This document shows, piece by piece, positions 55,222 to 64,000 of a stretch of DNA of 64,000 bases. The stretch's first letter is position 1. Each line of letters starts with the position of its first letter. The notes under the pieces are model-generated. The model was not told the DNA's origin. It saw nothing but the letters and a program-made list of their open reading frames with translations, and ran no database searches. Both the position numbers and the translations under genes were made by a program. This stretch comes from Spirochaetia bacterium (GTDB lineage: Bacteria > Spirochaetota > Spirochaetia > SZUA-6 > Bin103): the NCBI GenBank assembly GCA_965203055.1, contig OZ241863.1, positions 2,656,001-2,720,000 of the forward strand, in the 5' to 3' direction.

Positions 55222-56169
55222 ATGATGACAGCCCGGATGAGCCGCCGCAGCTTCACCTTTCCGAGCGACTACCTCGGCGAGCTGACCGCCAGCGGCGCCG
55301 ACCTCGAGGCGGCCGACTTGCGGCGGCGGATGGAGCGGGACGGCTACCTGCTGCTGCGCGGCTTCGCCGACCGGCAGGCGGTGCTGGCCGTGCGCCGCGC
55401 CATCGTGGAACGGATTGCCGCCGAGGGCTGGCTGGCGGCCGGCAGCGATCCGCCGGCGGCGCGTATCGATCCGCAGCGCAGCGGCGCGCCGAGCGTGGAC
55501 TCCCGGCTGCCGGCCATCGCCCGCTTCTACGACGAGCAGCCGTTCCTGCCGTTCTTCGACCGCTACTTCGCTGCGCCGGCGATGCGCTATCCGAAGATCC
55601 TGACCCGCATCAAGGCGACCGGCGGGCGCACCGGCATCCACTTCGACAACGTCTATATCGGCCGCGGTTCGGCGCGGGTCCTGAGCTGCTGGCTGCCGTG
55701 GGGCGACGTCGAGGTGGCGCAGGGGCCGCTGGCGATCTGCGCCGGCTCCCACCGGCGGGCGGAATTCGAGCGCTTGCGGCGCACCTACGGGCGCCACGAC
55801 CCGGATCGTGACTTCGTGCGGGGGGCGGACAACGCCCCCGGCCACTTCTCGTTCGACCTGCGGGAGGTGACCGAGCGGTTCGGCGGGCGCTGGCTGACCG
55901 CCAACTTCCGCGCCGGCGACGCGCTGATCTTCGGGCGGTTCACCCTGCACTGCGCCTTGGAGAACACCACCAATCGCTATCGCATCAGCTCCGACAGCCG
56001 CTTTCAGCCGGCCGCGGATACGGTCGACCCGCGCTTCATGAGCGGCCCGGAGCCGGAGCGGCTGCTGCGCCACCGGTATCAGGTGCGCGACGGTGCCGTA
56101 GCCGCGGCGACGATGGCCGAGGCGCGGGCCAGGTGGGGCCTGGAGCGGACGCCGCGCGACCGCACCTGA
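55222..56169 (+). CDS. Phytanoyl-CoA dioxygenase (PhyH) family Fe/2OG oxygenase
   Basis: DGYLLLRG, HFD (HxD), W.PWGD, GSH, GDALIF..TLH, RISSDSRFQ. Confidence 0.85.
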   Translation: MMTARMSRRSFTFPSDYLGELTASGADLEAADLRRRMERDGYLLLRGFADRQAVLAVRRAIVERIAAEGWLAAGSDPPAARIDPQRSGAPSVDSRLPAIARFYDEQPFLPFFDRYFAAPAMRYPKILTRIKATGGRTGIHFDNVYIGRGSARVLSCWLPWGDVEVAQGPLAICAGSHRRAEFERLRRTYGRHDPDRDFVRGADNAPGHFSFDLREVTERFGGRWLTANFRAGDALIFGRFTLHCALENTTNRYRISSDSRFQPAADTVDPRFMSGPEPERLLRHRYQVRDGAVAAATMAEARARWGLERTPRDRT

Positions 56170-56206
56170 TCGGATATTTCCGATATTCTGAGCGCCGAGG
56201 CAACGC

Positions 56207-57214
56207 ATGCAGATCACACCGTTCATCGTGGGCCGCGGCATGTCCGGGCAGGCGATCGCCAAGGCGCTCGCGGTCATCGACCTCATCGATCCCGAGATCA
56301 GCGTCGCACCGCCGGTGCGGCTCGCCCGCGGCCAGCCGCTGGCCGGGCTGGCGGCCGGCCACGACCTGCCGCTGCTCTGCATCGGCAACCCGCACGGCCT
56401 GCACGCCCGCTACGTGCTGGAGGCGCAGCGCGCCGACTTCCGCGCCATCGTCCTCGACAAGCCGCCCTGCGTGAACCGCGCGGAGCTGGCCGAACTGCGC
56501 GCGCTGGCGGACGCGCACGGCGACCGGCTGCAGGTGGCGGTGCTCCACGGCTACCGCCAGATGTGGGGGCCGCAGCGCATGCGGGCGCTGGCGGCGGCCG
56601 GAGAACTGGGCGAGCTGATCGCCATCGAGGGCACCTACTGGCAATCTTCCGCCGCCGAACTCGCGGTGCGGGACCAGCCGCCGGCGGACAAGCCGTGGAA
56701 GAGCGACCCGGCGCTGGGCGGCCCCTACGACTCCTACGTCGACCTGGGCAGTCATTGGGTCGACCTGGTGACGTTCGTGGCCGGGGAACGGCCGCAGGCG
56801 GCGCGGAGCTGGCTCTCCTACGTCAACGCGCCGGCTCCGAACCGCGATACCTACGCGCAGATCTACCTGCAGTTCCCCGGCTGCCGCTCGTTCGGCTCGG
56901 TCGCCAAGGCAGTTCACGGCGCCAATCACCTGCAGCTTGCGGCAATCGGCAGTGAACGCGCGGCGCGCTGGTCGCTCGGCGCGCCGGACCAACTGGAAGT
57001 AGGGCGCGGCGACCGGGTTACCCGCCTGCGCCGCGGCGCGGGCCGCTACGGCTCCCAACAGCCGCCGTTCCACGGCATGGGCTGGATCGAAGGGTACATC
57101 GAGGTGATCCATTGCCTGCTGCAGCGCCTGGCCGGGCGGGACGCGCCGGCGCCGCCCTCGCTGCGCGAGGCGCTCGACGTCATGGACGTGCTGCTGACCG
57201 CGGCCGACCTGTAG
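56207..57214 (+). CDS. Gfo/Idh/MocA family oxidoreductase (divergent)
   Basis: VGRGMSG, NPHGLH, LDKP, DLGSHWVDL. Confidence 0.78.
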   Translation: MQITPFIVGRGMSGQAIAKALAVIDLIDPEISVAPPVRLARGQPLAGLAAGHDLPLLCIGNPHGLHARYVLEAQRADFRAIVLDKPPCVNRAELAELRALADAHGDRLQVAVLHGYRQMWGPQRMRALAAAGELGELIAIEGTYWQSSAAELAVRDQPPADKPWKSDPALGGPYDSYVDLGSHWVDLVTFVAGERPQAARSWLSYVNAPAPNRDTYAQIYLQFPGCRSFGSVAKAVHGANHLQLAAIGSERAARWSLGAPDQLEVGRGDRVTRLRRGAGRYGSQQPPFHGMGWIEGYIEVIHCLLQRLAGRDAPAPPSLREALDVMDVLLTAADL

Positions 57215-57227
57215 CCAGGAGGCGTTG

Positions 57228-58325
57228 ATGGCAGACCCCCGAGACGGTCTCTTCTTCGTGCCGCGCGGCGCGGCGCGCGCGGTGGCGCAGCCCGGCGAGT
57301 TCCCGTTTGCCGCCGCGTTCCTCGATCACGGACACATCTACGGTCAGACCACCGGGTTGCTGCAGGCCGGCGCTACCTTGCGCCGCGTGTTCGACCCCGA
57401 CCCGGCCAAGGTGGCCGCGTTCCGCAAGCAGTTCCCGCAGGCGCAGCCGGCCGCCTCGTTCGCCGCGATCCTCGACGACCCGGCCATCCGGCTGGTCGCC
57501 GCCGCGGCGGTGCCGTCCGAGCGCGCCGCAATCGGCATGCAGGTGCTGGCCGCCGGCAAGGACTACTTCACCGACAAGTCGCCCGTCACCACCCTGCAGC
57601 AGCTTGCCGCGGTGCGCGCCGCGGTGGCCGCCAGCGGGCGCAAGTATCTGGTCTACTACGCCGAACGGCTGCACAACGCCCCCACCTTCTACGCCGGCGA
57701 GCTGATCAGCGGCGGGGCGATCGGGCGGGTGCTGCAGGTGCTGCTCCTGGCGCCGCACAATCTGAATCCGAAGTCACGCCCCGCCTGGTTCTTCGACAAG
57801 GCGCGCTACGGCGGCATCCTCACCGACATCGGCAGCCATCAGTTCGAGCAGTTCCTGTACTACGCCGGCGCCGCCGGCGGGCGCATCAACTACGCCCGCG
57901 CGGCCAATCTGGGGCATCCCGAAACCCCGGGGCTGGAGGACTTCGGCGAAGCCTCCGCGACCCTCGACGGCGGCGCCTCCGCCTACTGCCGCGTGGACTG
58001 GTTCAACCCGGCGGCGTCGCGTACCTGGGGCGACGGCCGCGCCTTCGTGCTCGGCACCGGCGGCTACCTGGAGGTGCGCAAGAACGTGGACGCCGGCAAT
58101 CCCGCCGGCGCGCCGTGCGTGATCCTGGTCAACGACCGCGAGGAGCGGGTGATCACCTTCGATGGCAGCGAACCGTTCCCCTTCTTCGGGCGCATGATCC
58201 TGGACTGCCTGCACCGTACCGAAGAGGCGATGTCCCAGGAACACGCCTTCGCCGCGGCCGAGCTTTCGCTCCGGGCCCAGGCCGCCGCCGACGCCGCCAA
58301 CGCCGGACGCGGCCCTGATGGCTGA
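57228..58325 (+). CDS. Gfo/Idh/MocA family oxidoreductase
   Basis: LDHGHIYG, GKDYFTDK, YGGILTDIGSHQFEQF, WGDGR. Confidence 0.88.
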   Translation: MADPRDGLFFVPRGAARAVAQPGEFPFAAAFLDHGHIYGQTTGLLQAGATLRRVFDPDPAKVAAFRKQFPQAQPAASFAAILDDPAIRLVAAAAVPSERAAIGMQVLAAGKDYFTDKSPVTTLQQLAAVRAAVAASGRKYLVYYAERLHNAPTFYAGELISGGAIGRVLQVLLLAPHNLNPKSRPAWFFDKARYGGILTDIGSHQFEQFLYYAGAAGGRINYARAANLGHPETPGLEDFGEASATLDGGASAYCRVDWFNPAASRTWGDGRAFVLGTGGYLEVRKNVDAGNPAGAPCVILVNDREERVITFDGSEPFPFFGRMILDCLHRTEEAMSQEHAFAAAELSLRAQAAADAANAGRGPDG

Positions 58326-58578
58326 CGGGAACCGCACCCCCGAACAGCTCGCGCGCGACGCCATCGACGCGAAGCTGGAGCAGGCCGGCTGGCGCGACCG
58401 CCCGCTGCGTCAAGCGATCCTGAAGAAGGCTCTTTCCGGTCGGCTGGTGGCGCAGGACCCGAACGACGAGCCCGCAGCGGTCCTCCTGGACCGGATCGGG
58501 GCCGAGCGAAAGCAGGTCGAAAAGCGCAACGCCCGCCGCAGGGCCGGCAAGCGGCCGGAACCGAAGAAAGCCGTATGA
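58318..58578 (+). pseudogene. Chimeric remnant: type I R-M HsdR N-terminus fused to HsdS C-terminus
   Basis: TPEQLARDAIDAKLEQAGW (HsdR start) joined to LRQAILKKALSGRLVAQDPNDEPAAVLLDRI (HsdS end). Confidence 0.8.
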
Positions 58579-60142
58579 CTGCGAAGCTCCCGATCAATCT
58601 TTACGATCTGCTGCGCCAACGTACCATCGAAGGCGAGCGTGTCGAGTACAAGGCCGGCTGGAATCCGCAGAGCGTGCTGCGCACCATCTGCGCGTTCGCC
58701 AACGACTTCCATAACCTCGGCGGCGGCTACGTGGTGCTGGGGGTCGAGGAACGCCACGGGCAACCGCGGTTGCCGCCGGCAGGCATCGCCGCCGGACGAG
58801 TCGAAGCGGTGCAGAACGAGTTGCTGCGTCTGGGGCAATCCGCCATCCAGCCGCCCTACCATCCGCTCACGGGCGTCTACGACGTCGAAGGCCGGACGAT
58901 CCTGGTGTTGTGGGCTCCCGGCGGGGAAACGCGCCCCTACAAGGCCAGAGTCGATCTGACGCGAGGCGGGACGGAGTGGGCCTACTACATTCGCCGGCAC
59001 AGCAGCACGGTGCGCGCGCGCGGCGCCGACGAACGGGAGTTGCTGTCCCTGGCCGCCACCGTGCCGTTCGACGACCGCTATAATCAGTCGTCATCGCCGG
59101 AGGACCTGTCCGATCGGCTGCTCGAGCGGTTTCTGCGGGACGTGGGCAGCGACCTCGCGCGGGAAACGGGGCTTTCGATCGAAGCGCTGGGCCGGCGCCT
59201 GAACATCGTCGGCGGGCCTGCCGAGGCATGCTTTCCGAAGAACGTCGGGTTGCTGTTCTTCAACGAGGCGCCGCACCGCTTCTTTCCCGCCACCCAGATC
59301 GACGTCGTGTGGTTTCCCGACGGCGCCGGCGGCGATCGCTTCGACGAGAAGGAGTTTCGCGGCCCGTTGGCCGTCATCCTGCGCGAGGCCATCGACTTCA
59401 TCGCGCGGAATTATCTCAAGGAGACCGTCGTCAAACATCCCGACCGGGCGGAAGCGGAGCGATTCTGGAATTATCCCATCGCCGCGGTCGAGGAAGCCCT
59501 GGTCAACGCCATCTACCATCGATCGTACGAGGAGCGCGAGCCGGTCGAGGTACGCATCACCCCGCAGGAACTCACGATCCTGAGCTTTCCCGGCGCCGAC
59601 CGTTCGATCCGCATGGCAGATCTGCAGACGGGCGGGCCGTCAGCCGCCGCTACCGCAATCGCCGCATCGGCGAGTTTCTGAAGGAGCTCGACCTGGCCGA
59701 GGGGAGGTCTACGGGGATACCGAGGATCCTGCGCGCGATGCGCGAAAACGGGTCACCGGCCCCGCTCTTCGAAAGCGACGACGACCGTACCTGGTTCCTG
59801 ACCCGTATCCCGGTACACGAACGATCCCACCACCTCGGCCCAACCGAACATGAGACCGAACATGAGACCGAACATGAGACCGAACATGTCGCCAGCGTGG
59901 TGGCCGCCCTGACCGGCGAGATGGGCCGCGCCGAATTGCAGGCCGCCCTGCGAATCACTCACCGCCCCCACTTCATTGCCTCGTATCTCCGCCCCGCCCT
60001 CGAAGCCGGTCTGGTCGAGATGACGCTCCCCGACAAACCGACGAGCCGGAACCAGCGCTATCGGCGCACCGCTGCCGGCGAAGCCCTGGGGCAACAGGCC
60101 AAGGCGCAGCAAGCCGCGGGCCGCACCTCCGAACGCCGATAG
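58575..60142 (+). pseudogene. AlbA_2 (Schlafen-like) DNA-binding / RecG-C-like ATP-binding protein with C-terminal HTH, frameshifted near 59630
   Basis: VEYKAGWN..TICAFAND..GGYVVLGV, EEALVNAIYHRSY in one frame; RYRNRRIGEFLKEL..EGRSTGIP and YLRPAL..GLVEMTLPDKPTSRNQRYR in another. Confidence 0.82.
59843..59888. repeat. 12-bp tandem repeat (ACCGAACATGAG x ~3.8) encoding TEHE linker
   Basis: Directly visible. Confidence 0.9.
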
Positions 60143-60275
60143 CTTCGTTAGTTAGCTTAGCTTAGCCGCCGCAAGGAGCGACTCCATGTGGGTGGTCGTC
60201 AAGCACCCCGACCGGACGGAAGCAGAGCGATTCTGGAACGCGCGGTGCCTTGGTCGCTTCACAATCAATGCGTCG

Positions 60276-60626
60276 ATGAACACTGCCCCGATCGTCTCCA
60301 GAGTCTGGAGATTCTGCACTACCCTGCGCGATGACGGCGTCAGCTACGGGGACTACCTGGAGCAGCTTACCTTCCTGATCTTCCTCAAGATGGCCGATGA
60401 ATACGGCAAGGCGCCCTACCACCGTGACGTAGGTATTCCGGCCGCGTACGACTGGCCGAGCCTGCGGCGCAAGCGCGGCGCGGCGCTCGAACTTCATTAC
60501 GTCACGCTGCTGCGCGAACTCGGCGCCGGGCAGGGAATGCTCGGCCAGATCTTCGCCAAGGCGCAGAACAAGATTCAGGACCCGGCGAAGCTCTACCGCC
60601 TCATCGACACCGGGGGGGCGAGGTAG
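60276..60626 (+). pseudogene. hsdM: Type I R-M methyltransferase HsdM, N-terminal fragment only
   Basis: IVSRVWRFCTTLRDDGVSYGDYLEQLTFLIFLKM...IFAKAQNKIQDPAKLYRLI; breaks off before the SAM-binding and NPP motifs. Confidence 0.88.
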
Positions 60627-61471
60627 CGGGCGGCGAAGCCGTCGACGTTGATGCCCACGCGGCCCGGCAGGTAGCGCTGCGCGACGCGCGCCATACGGTC
60701 GCGGTAGGCCAGGCCGAGGGAGCCGGGCTCCACCGCCGCCATTGCCTGCGGCAGCGTGGTGCGCCGGGTGCGGCCGCCGTCCGCCGAGCCATCGCCCCCG
60801 ATGAAGTGGTCGATCACCACCGCCGACGCGCACTCCGCCACCCGTGCGAAGAAGCGTTCGGGATCGCGGATCGGCAGCAGCGGCGCCACGGTGATCACGG
60901 TTTCGAGGCCGGCGTCGGTCAGGGCGCGGGCCGCCCGGAAGCGCTGCTCCACCGGGCTGGCATGGGGCGGCAGGCCGGGGAACCGCTCGCGGTCGGTCTC
61001 GATGGAAAGATGCACGCGCAGCCGGCAGCGCCGGCTCAGCTCGCGGCACAGATCGAGACAGGCGGTCACCCGGTGGGAATGGGTCTGCAGGATCAACAGG
61101 TCGGGCGGCTCCTCCAGCATGGCGCAGAGCAGCCCGCGGGTCACGCCGTAGCGCGCTTCCTGCGGCAGGAACGGCTCGGTGGAGCTGGACAGGAAGATGC
61201 TGAAGGCGCCGCGCGCCCGTTGCGCCCAGCGCCGCTCGCGCGCCGCGCCGGCGCGGTACGAGGCCGCGGCGTTGGCGCGCACCTCGAGAAACGAGCCCCA
61301 CGGCCGGCCGCGGGTAACGTGGCCGTTGTGGCGCACGTAGCAGCCGACTCCGCACAGCGCGTTGCCGAACGCGCAGCCGCGGTAGGGCTGCAGCGAGTGG
61401 GAGGTCACGGTGCGCAGGAATCCGCTGGTGCGGGTGAGTATGTTGCGGACTTCGGTCACCGTGACGCGCAT
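60593..61471 (-). CDS. Radical SAM protein, spore photoproduct lyase-like family
   Basis: SLQPYRGC......C...CYV, IFLSSSTEPF.PQE, LQTHS, SIETD, VAPLLP. Confidence 0.78.
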   Translation of the reverse strand: MRVTVTEVRNILTRTSGFLRTVTSHSLQPYRGCAFGNALCGVGCYVRHNGHVTRGRPWGSFLEVRANAAASYRAGAARERRWAQRARGAFSIFLSSSTEPFLPQEARYGVTRGLLCAMLEEPPDLLILQTHSHRVTACLDLCRELSRRCRLRVHLSIETDRERFPGLPPHASPVEQRFRAARALTDAGLETVITVAPLLPIRDPERFFARVAECASAVVIDHFIGGDGSADGGRTRRTTLPQAMAAVEPGSLGLAYRDRMARVAQRYLPGRVGINVDGFAARYLAPPVSMRR

Positions 61472-61508
61472 CGTCGGCGCCCTTAGAATAGGCCGGCCGG
61501 AGGTCGAC

Positions 61509-62645
61509 ATGCCACTACGCGCCGGAATCGTTGGCTGCGGCGGCATCAGCCGCAGTCATGCCACCGCCTACGCCCACCTTGGCGCCGCCACCCTGGCCGC
61601 GGTGTGCGACGTCGACCCGCAGCGGCTGCAGGCGCGCGCCGACGAGTTCGCGGTGCCCGGGCGCTATGCCGACTACCGCGAGATGTTCGCCCGCGAACGG
61701 CTCGACCTGGTCAGCGTCTGCACCCACGCCCCGCTGCACGCCGCGGTCACCTGCGCCGCGGCCGACGCCGGCATCCACGTGCTGTGCGAGAAGCCGCTGG
61801 CACTCGACCTGGAGAGCGCCGACCGCATGGTGGCGCACTGCGCCGCGGCCGGCGTACAGCTCGCGGTGAGCCACCAGTTCCGCTTCACTCCGGCGCTGCG
61901 GCTGGCCCGGCGGCTGGTGGCGGAGGGCCGCATCGGCGCGCTGCGCTGCGTGCGGGAAATCGGCAAGGGGCGCCCCGCCGGCTTCGAGCTGATGGAGATG
62001 GGCGTCCACTACTTCGACGAGCTGGCCTTCTTCCTGGACGGCATCGCCTGGATCTTCGCGCGCATCAGCTACCGCGGCCGCGACGCCGGCGCGGGCGACG
62101 TCATGCACAGCAGCGAGCTGTGCAACAGCGACCGGCGCGACAACGGCATGGTGGCGGGCGATACGATGTTGATCCAGGCCGGCGGGCGCGGCGGCGCCGC
62201 GGGGTTGGTGGAACTCTATCCGCGCGCCTCCCGCGACAACTGGATCGCCGGCCCGCACCTGCTGGGGGACCGCGGCCAACTGATGATCAAGGGCAACCCG
62301 CGCAGCTACGACTACGAACTGTGGTACTGTCCGAGCGACGTGTCGTTCGCCGCCCATACGCCGGCCTGGGAGCGAGTCGAGATTCCCGCGCCGGACTATC
62401 TCATCGAGGGCAAGGCGTGGCCCGGGCACCCCTCCATCTGGAGCGTGCGGGACATGCTGCAGGCGCTGCTGGAAGGACGGCCGCCGGAGCTGGGCGGGGC
62501 CAACGCCGGCAACTCGCTGGAGTGCGTCAGCGCGGTGTACGAATCCCACTTCACCGGCGCGCGCGCCACCCTGCCGCTGGCCGAGCGCCGCCACCCGCTG
62601 ACCCGCCGGCTCGCCGCGGCCGGCAACGACGCTTCCGCGCGGTGA
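61509..62645 (+). CDS. Gfo/Idh/MocA family oxidoreductase
   Basis: GIVGCGGIS, VCT....H, HVLCEKPLA, MEMGVH; GGAGG RBS. Confidence 0.88.
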   Translation: MPLRAGIVGCGGISRSHATAYAHLGAATLAAVCDVDPQRLQARADEFAVPGRYADYREMFARERLDLVSVCTHAPLHAAVTCAAADAGIHVLCEKPLALDLESADRMVAHCAAAGVQLAVSHQFRFTPALRLARRLVAEGRIGALRCVREIGKGRPAGFELMEMGVHYFDELAFFLDGIAWIFARISYRGRDAGAGDVMHSSELCNSDRRDNGMVAGDTMLIQAGGRGGAAGLVELYPRASRDNWIAGPHLLGDRGQLMIKGNPRSYDYELWYCPSDVSFAAHTPAWERVEIPAPDYLIEGKAWPGHPSIWSVRDMLQALLEGRPPELGGANAGNSLECVSAVYESHFTGARATLPLAERRHPLTRRLAAAGNDASAR

Positions 62646-62697
62646 CGCGCCCGCCGTTGGTCACGTGCGGTTTGACCTTCGACGCGTGACGTATTGA

Positions 62698-62732
62698 CGT
62701 GATATTGTCACTGGAAGAATGACAATATCACG
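62698..62732. promoter_or_regulatory. Perfect 13-bp inverted repeat (operator-like or bidirectional terminator)
   Basis: CGTGATATTGTCA-9 nt-TGACAATATCACG, preceded by TTGACG. Confidence 0.65.
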
Positions 62733-62840
62733 CGCCCTTCTGCGCGCCAAGCTCACCGAGTCGCTGGCCCTGGCGCCGGCGCGCCTTACGCGCTCGACCT
62801 GCCCGAACCCGGCGCGCTACCGTTCGTGGCGCCGCGGCGT

Positions 62841-63815
62841 TCACTTGTACAGGTAACAGGAAGCGTAGTGGCCGTCTTCTCCGACCTGATAGAGCGGCGG
62901 CCGGCCAAGCTGGCACTCCGCCATCGCGTGGGGGCAGCGGCTATGGAACTTGCAACCCGCCTTGTCATCCTTGCCCAGTTCTTCCGCGGTCGATACCTCG
63001 ATATCTTCTTCCCACTTGAGGGCCGGATCAGGGTTGGGAACGGAACCGATGAGAAGCTGGGTATAGGGGTGCTGGGGATTGCTGATTACCCCGGTGGCAT
63101 CGCCGGTCTCGGACACCGACCCTTCGTACAGAATGAAGATACGATCGCTGATCTGATACGCGGTCGAGAGGTCATGGGTGATGTAGAGGAAGCTGATGCC
63201 GAACTCTTCCTTCAACTTGAGCATGATGTCGAGGATCATCGCTCTGAGTGAGGCATCGATCATCGAAACCGGCTCGTCGGCAACGATCAGCCGCGGTTTG
63301 GGCAGGAAGGCGCGCGCCACGATGATCCGCTGCCTCTGGCCGCCTGAGAGCTGGTGCGGGTATTTTCCCAGAATCTCCTGCGGCCGCAAGCCAACCACCC
63401 GCAGCGCGTCATCGACGATCTCCGCAGCCTCGGCCTTGCTGCGCGCCAGGTTGAATTCCGCTATCGCCATGTGGAATACGTGATCGACCCGGTAGAAGGG
63501 GTTGAACGCGGCGTAGGGATCCTGGAACACGGCCTGGCACTGGCGCCGGTAGAACATCAGTTCCTTTCTCGACATCCGGTGCAGGTCGCGGCCCTGCCAC
63601 AGGATCTCGCCCGAGGTCGGCTTGATGAAGTCGAGAATCAGGCGGGCAAGAGTGGTCTTGCCGCTGCCCGACTCCCCGGCGATCGCCGTAATCATCGGTT
63701 GGTCGTCGTACAGAGTAAGGGAGAAGTCATCGAGCGCTACCGTTTGATGGCGCCTCCCCAAACCGCCGCCGAAGACTTTGGTAAGGTTCCTTACTTCGAG
63801 TAATCGGTTCGTCAT
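62841..63815 (-). CDS. Oligopeptide ABC transporter ATP-binding protein
   Basis: GESGSGKTT, LSGGQRQR, DEPVSMID, THDL, GCKFHSRC. Confidence 0.93.
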   Translation of the reverse strand: MTNRLLEVRNLTKVFGGGLGRRHQTVALDDFSLTLYDDQPMITAIAGESGSGKTTLARLILDFIKPTSGEILWQGRDLHRMSRKELMFYRRQCQAVFQDPYAAFNPFYRVDHVFHMAIAEFNLARSKAEAAEIVDDALRVVGLRPQEILGKYPHQLSGGQRQRIIVARAFLPKPRLIVADEPVSMIDASLRAMILDIMLKLKEEFGISFLYITHDLSTAYQISDRIFILYEGSVSETGDATGVISNPQHPYTQLLIGSVPNPDPALKWEEDIEVSTAEELGKDDKAGCKFHSRCPHAMAECQLGRPPLYQVGEDGHYASCYLYK

Positions 63816-63828
63816 CTTCTCAAGGGTC

Positions 63829-64000
63829 TCAAGGGTAGAGATGGCAGGCTACCATGCGCCCCGGCCTGACCTCGCGATATTCCGGCACTTCCTTGCCGCA
63901 TCGCTCCATCGCTTGCGGGCAGCGCGGATGAAAGATGCAACCCGACGGCGGCGACAGCAGCGTCGGCGGCAGGCCCGGTATTCCCGCCAGCCGCTTCTTC
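63829..64000 (-). CDS. Oligopeptide ABC transporter ATP-binding protein, C-terminal end (partial)
   Basis: Own translation: KKRLAGIPGLPPTLLSPPSGCIFHPRCPQAMERC...VACHLYP*. Confidence 0.85.
   Translation of the reverse strand, partial: KKRLAGIPGLPPTLLSPPSGCIFHPRCPQAMERCGKEVPEYREVRPGRMVACHLYP

Noticed and set aside
60186..60275. N-terminal extension of hsdM in the ORF track
   Set aside because: It consists of the duplicated fragment of the upstream gene plus spacer; HsdM similarity starts at ATG 60276.

Overview
High-GC (about 70% by eye) bacterial chromosome segment, most likely from a Spirochaetota member. The evidence is the gene order rplU-prp-rpmA-obgE-nadD-LCP-rsfS and tRNA-Gln-rplY-pth-tilS-ftsH, plus solute-binding proteins with Cys-free 'FAGG..E/WAAGEAE' N-termini. 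The catabolic content would fit a host-associated lifestyle such as a marine sponge, but that is inference. 1-8 kb is a housekeeping translation block containing an unexplained protein that is 54% Asp/Glu. 8-42 kb is a catabolic and transport region: several peptide/nickel-family and one CUT1 sugar ABC cassette, a complete gamma-butyrobetaine to carnitine to glycine betaine pathway, and a MocA/MocC/MocD-like sugar-oxidation operon with an atypical GH32. 42.6-45.5 kb holds an Rpn nuclease with an intragenic RBS+ATG (RpnS-type nested antitoxin). Next to it is a cryptic lipoprotein of about 530 aa with eight [10 protein letters not shown] repeats, whose start codon is uncoupled from its lipobox by a G10 homopolymer. 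This putative phase-variable surface protein is split over three frames and is not shown intact by the ORF track; it is the best candidate for an undescribed system. 45.7-53.4 kb is a prpBCD methylcitrate operon extended by ADC-family, acyl-CoA synthetase and thiolase genes. 58.3-60.6 kb is a collapsed type I restriction-modification locus (hsdR'-'hsdS chimera, frameshifted AlbA_2/ATP-binding gene, truncated hsdM). The window ends in a lower-GC oligopeptide ABC ATPase pair. All calls come from motif recognition by eye; no database search was run. Two independent 1-bp deletions mean that assembly indel errors cannot be excluded.
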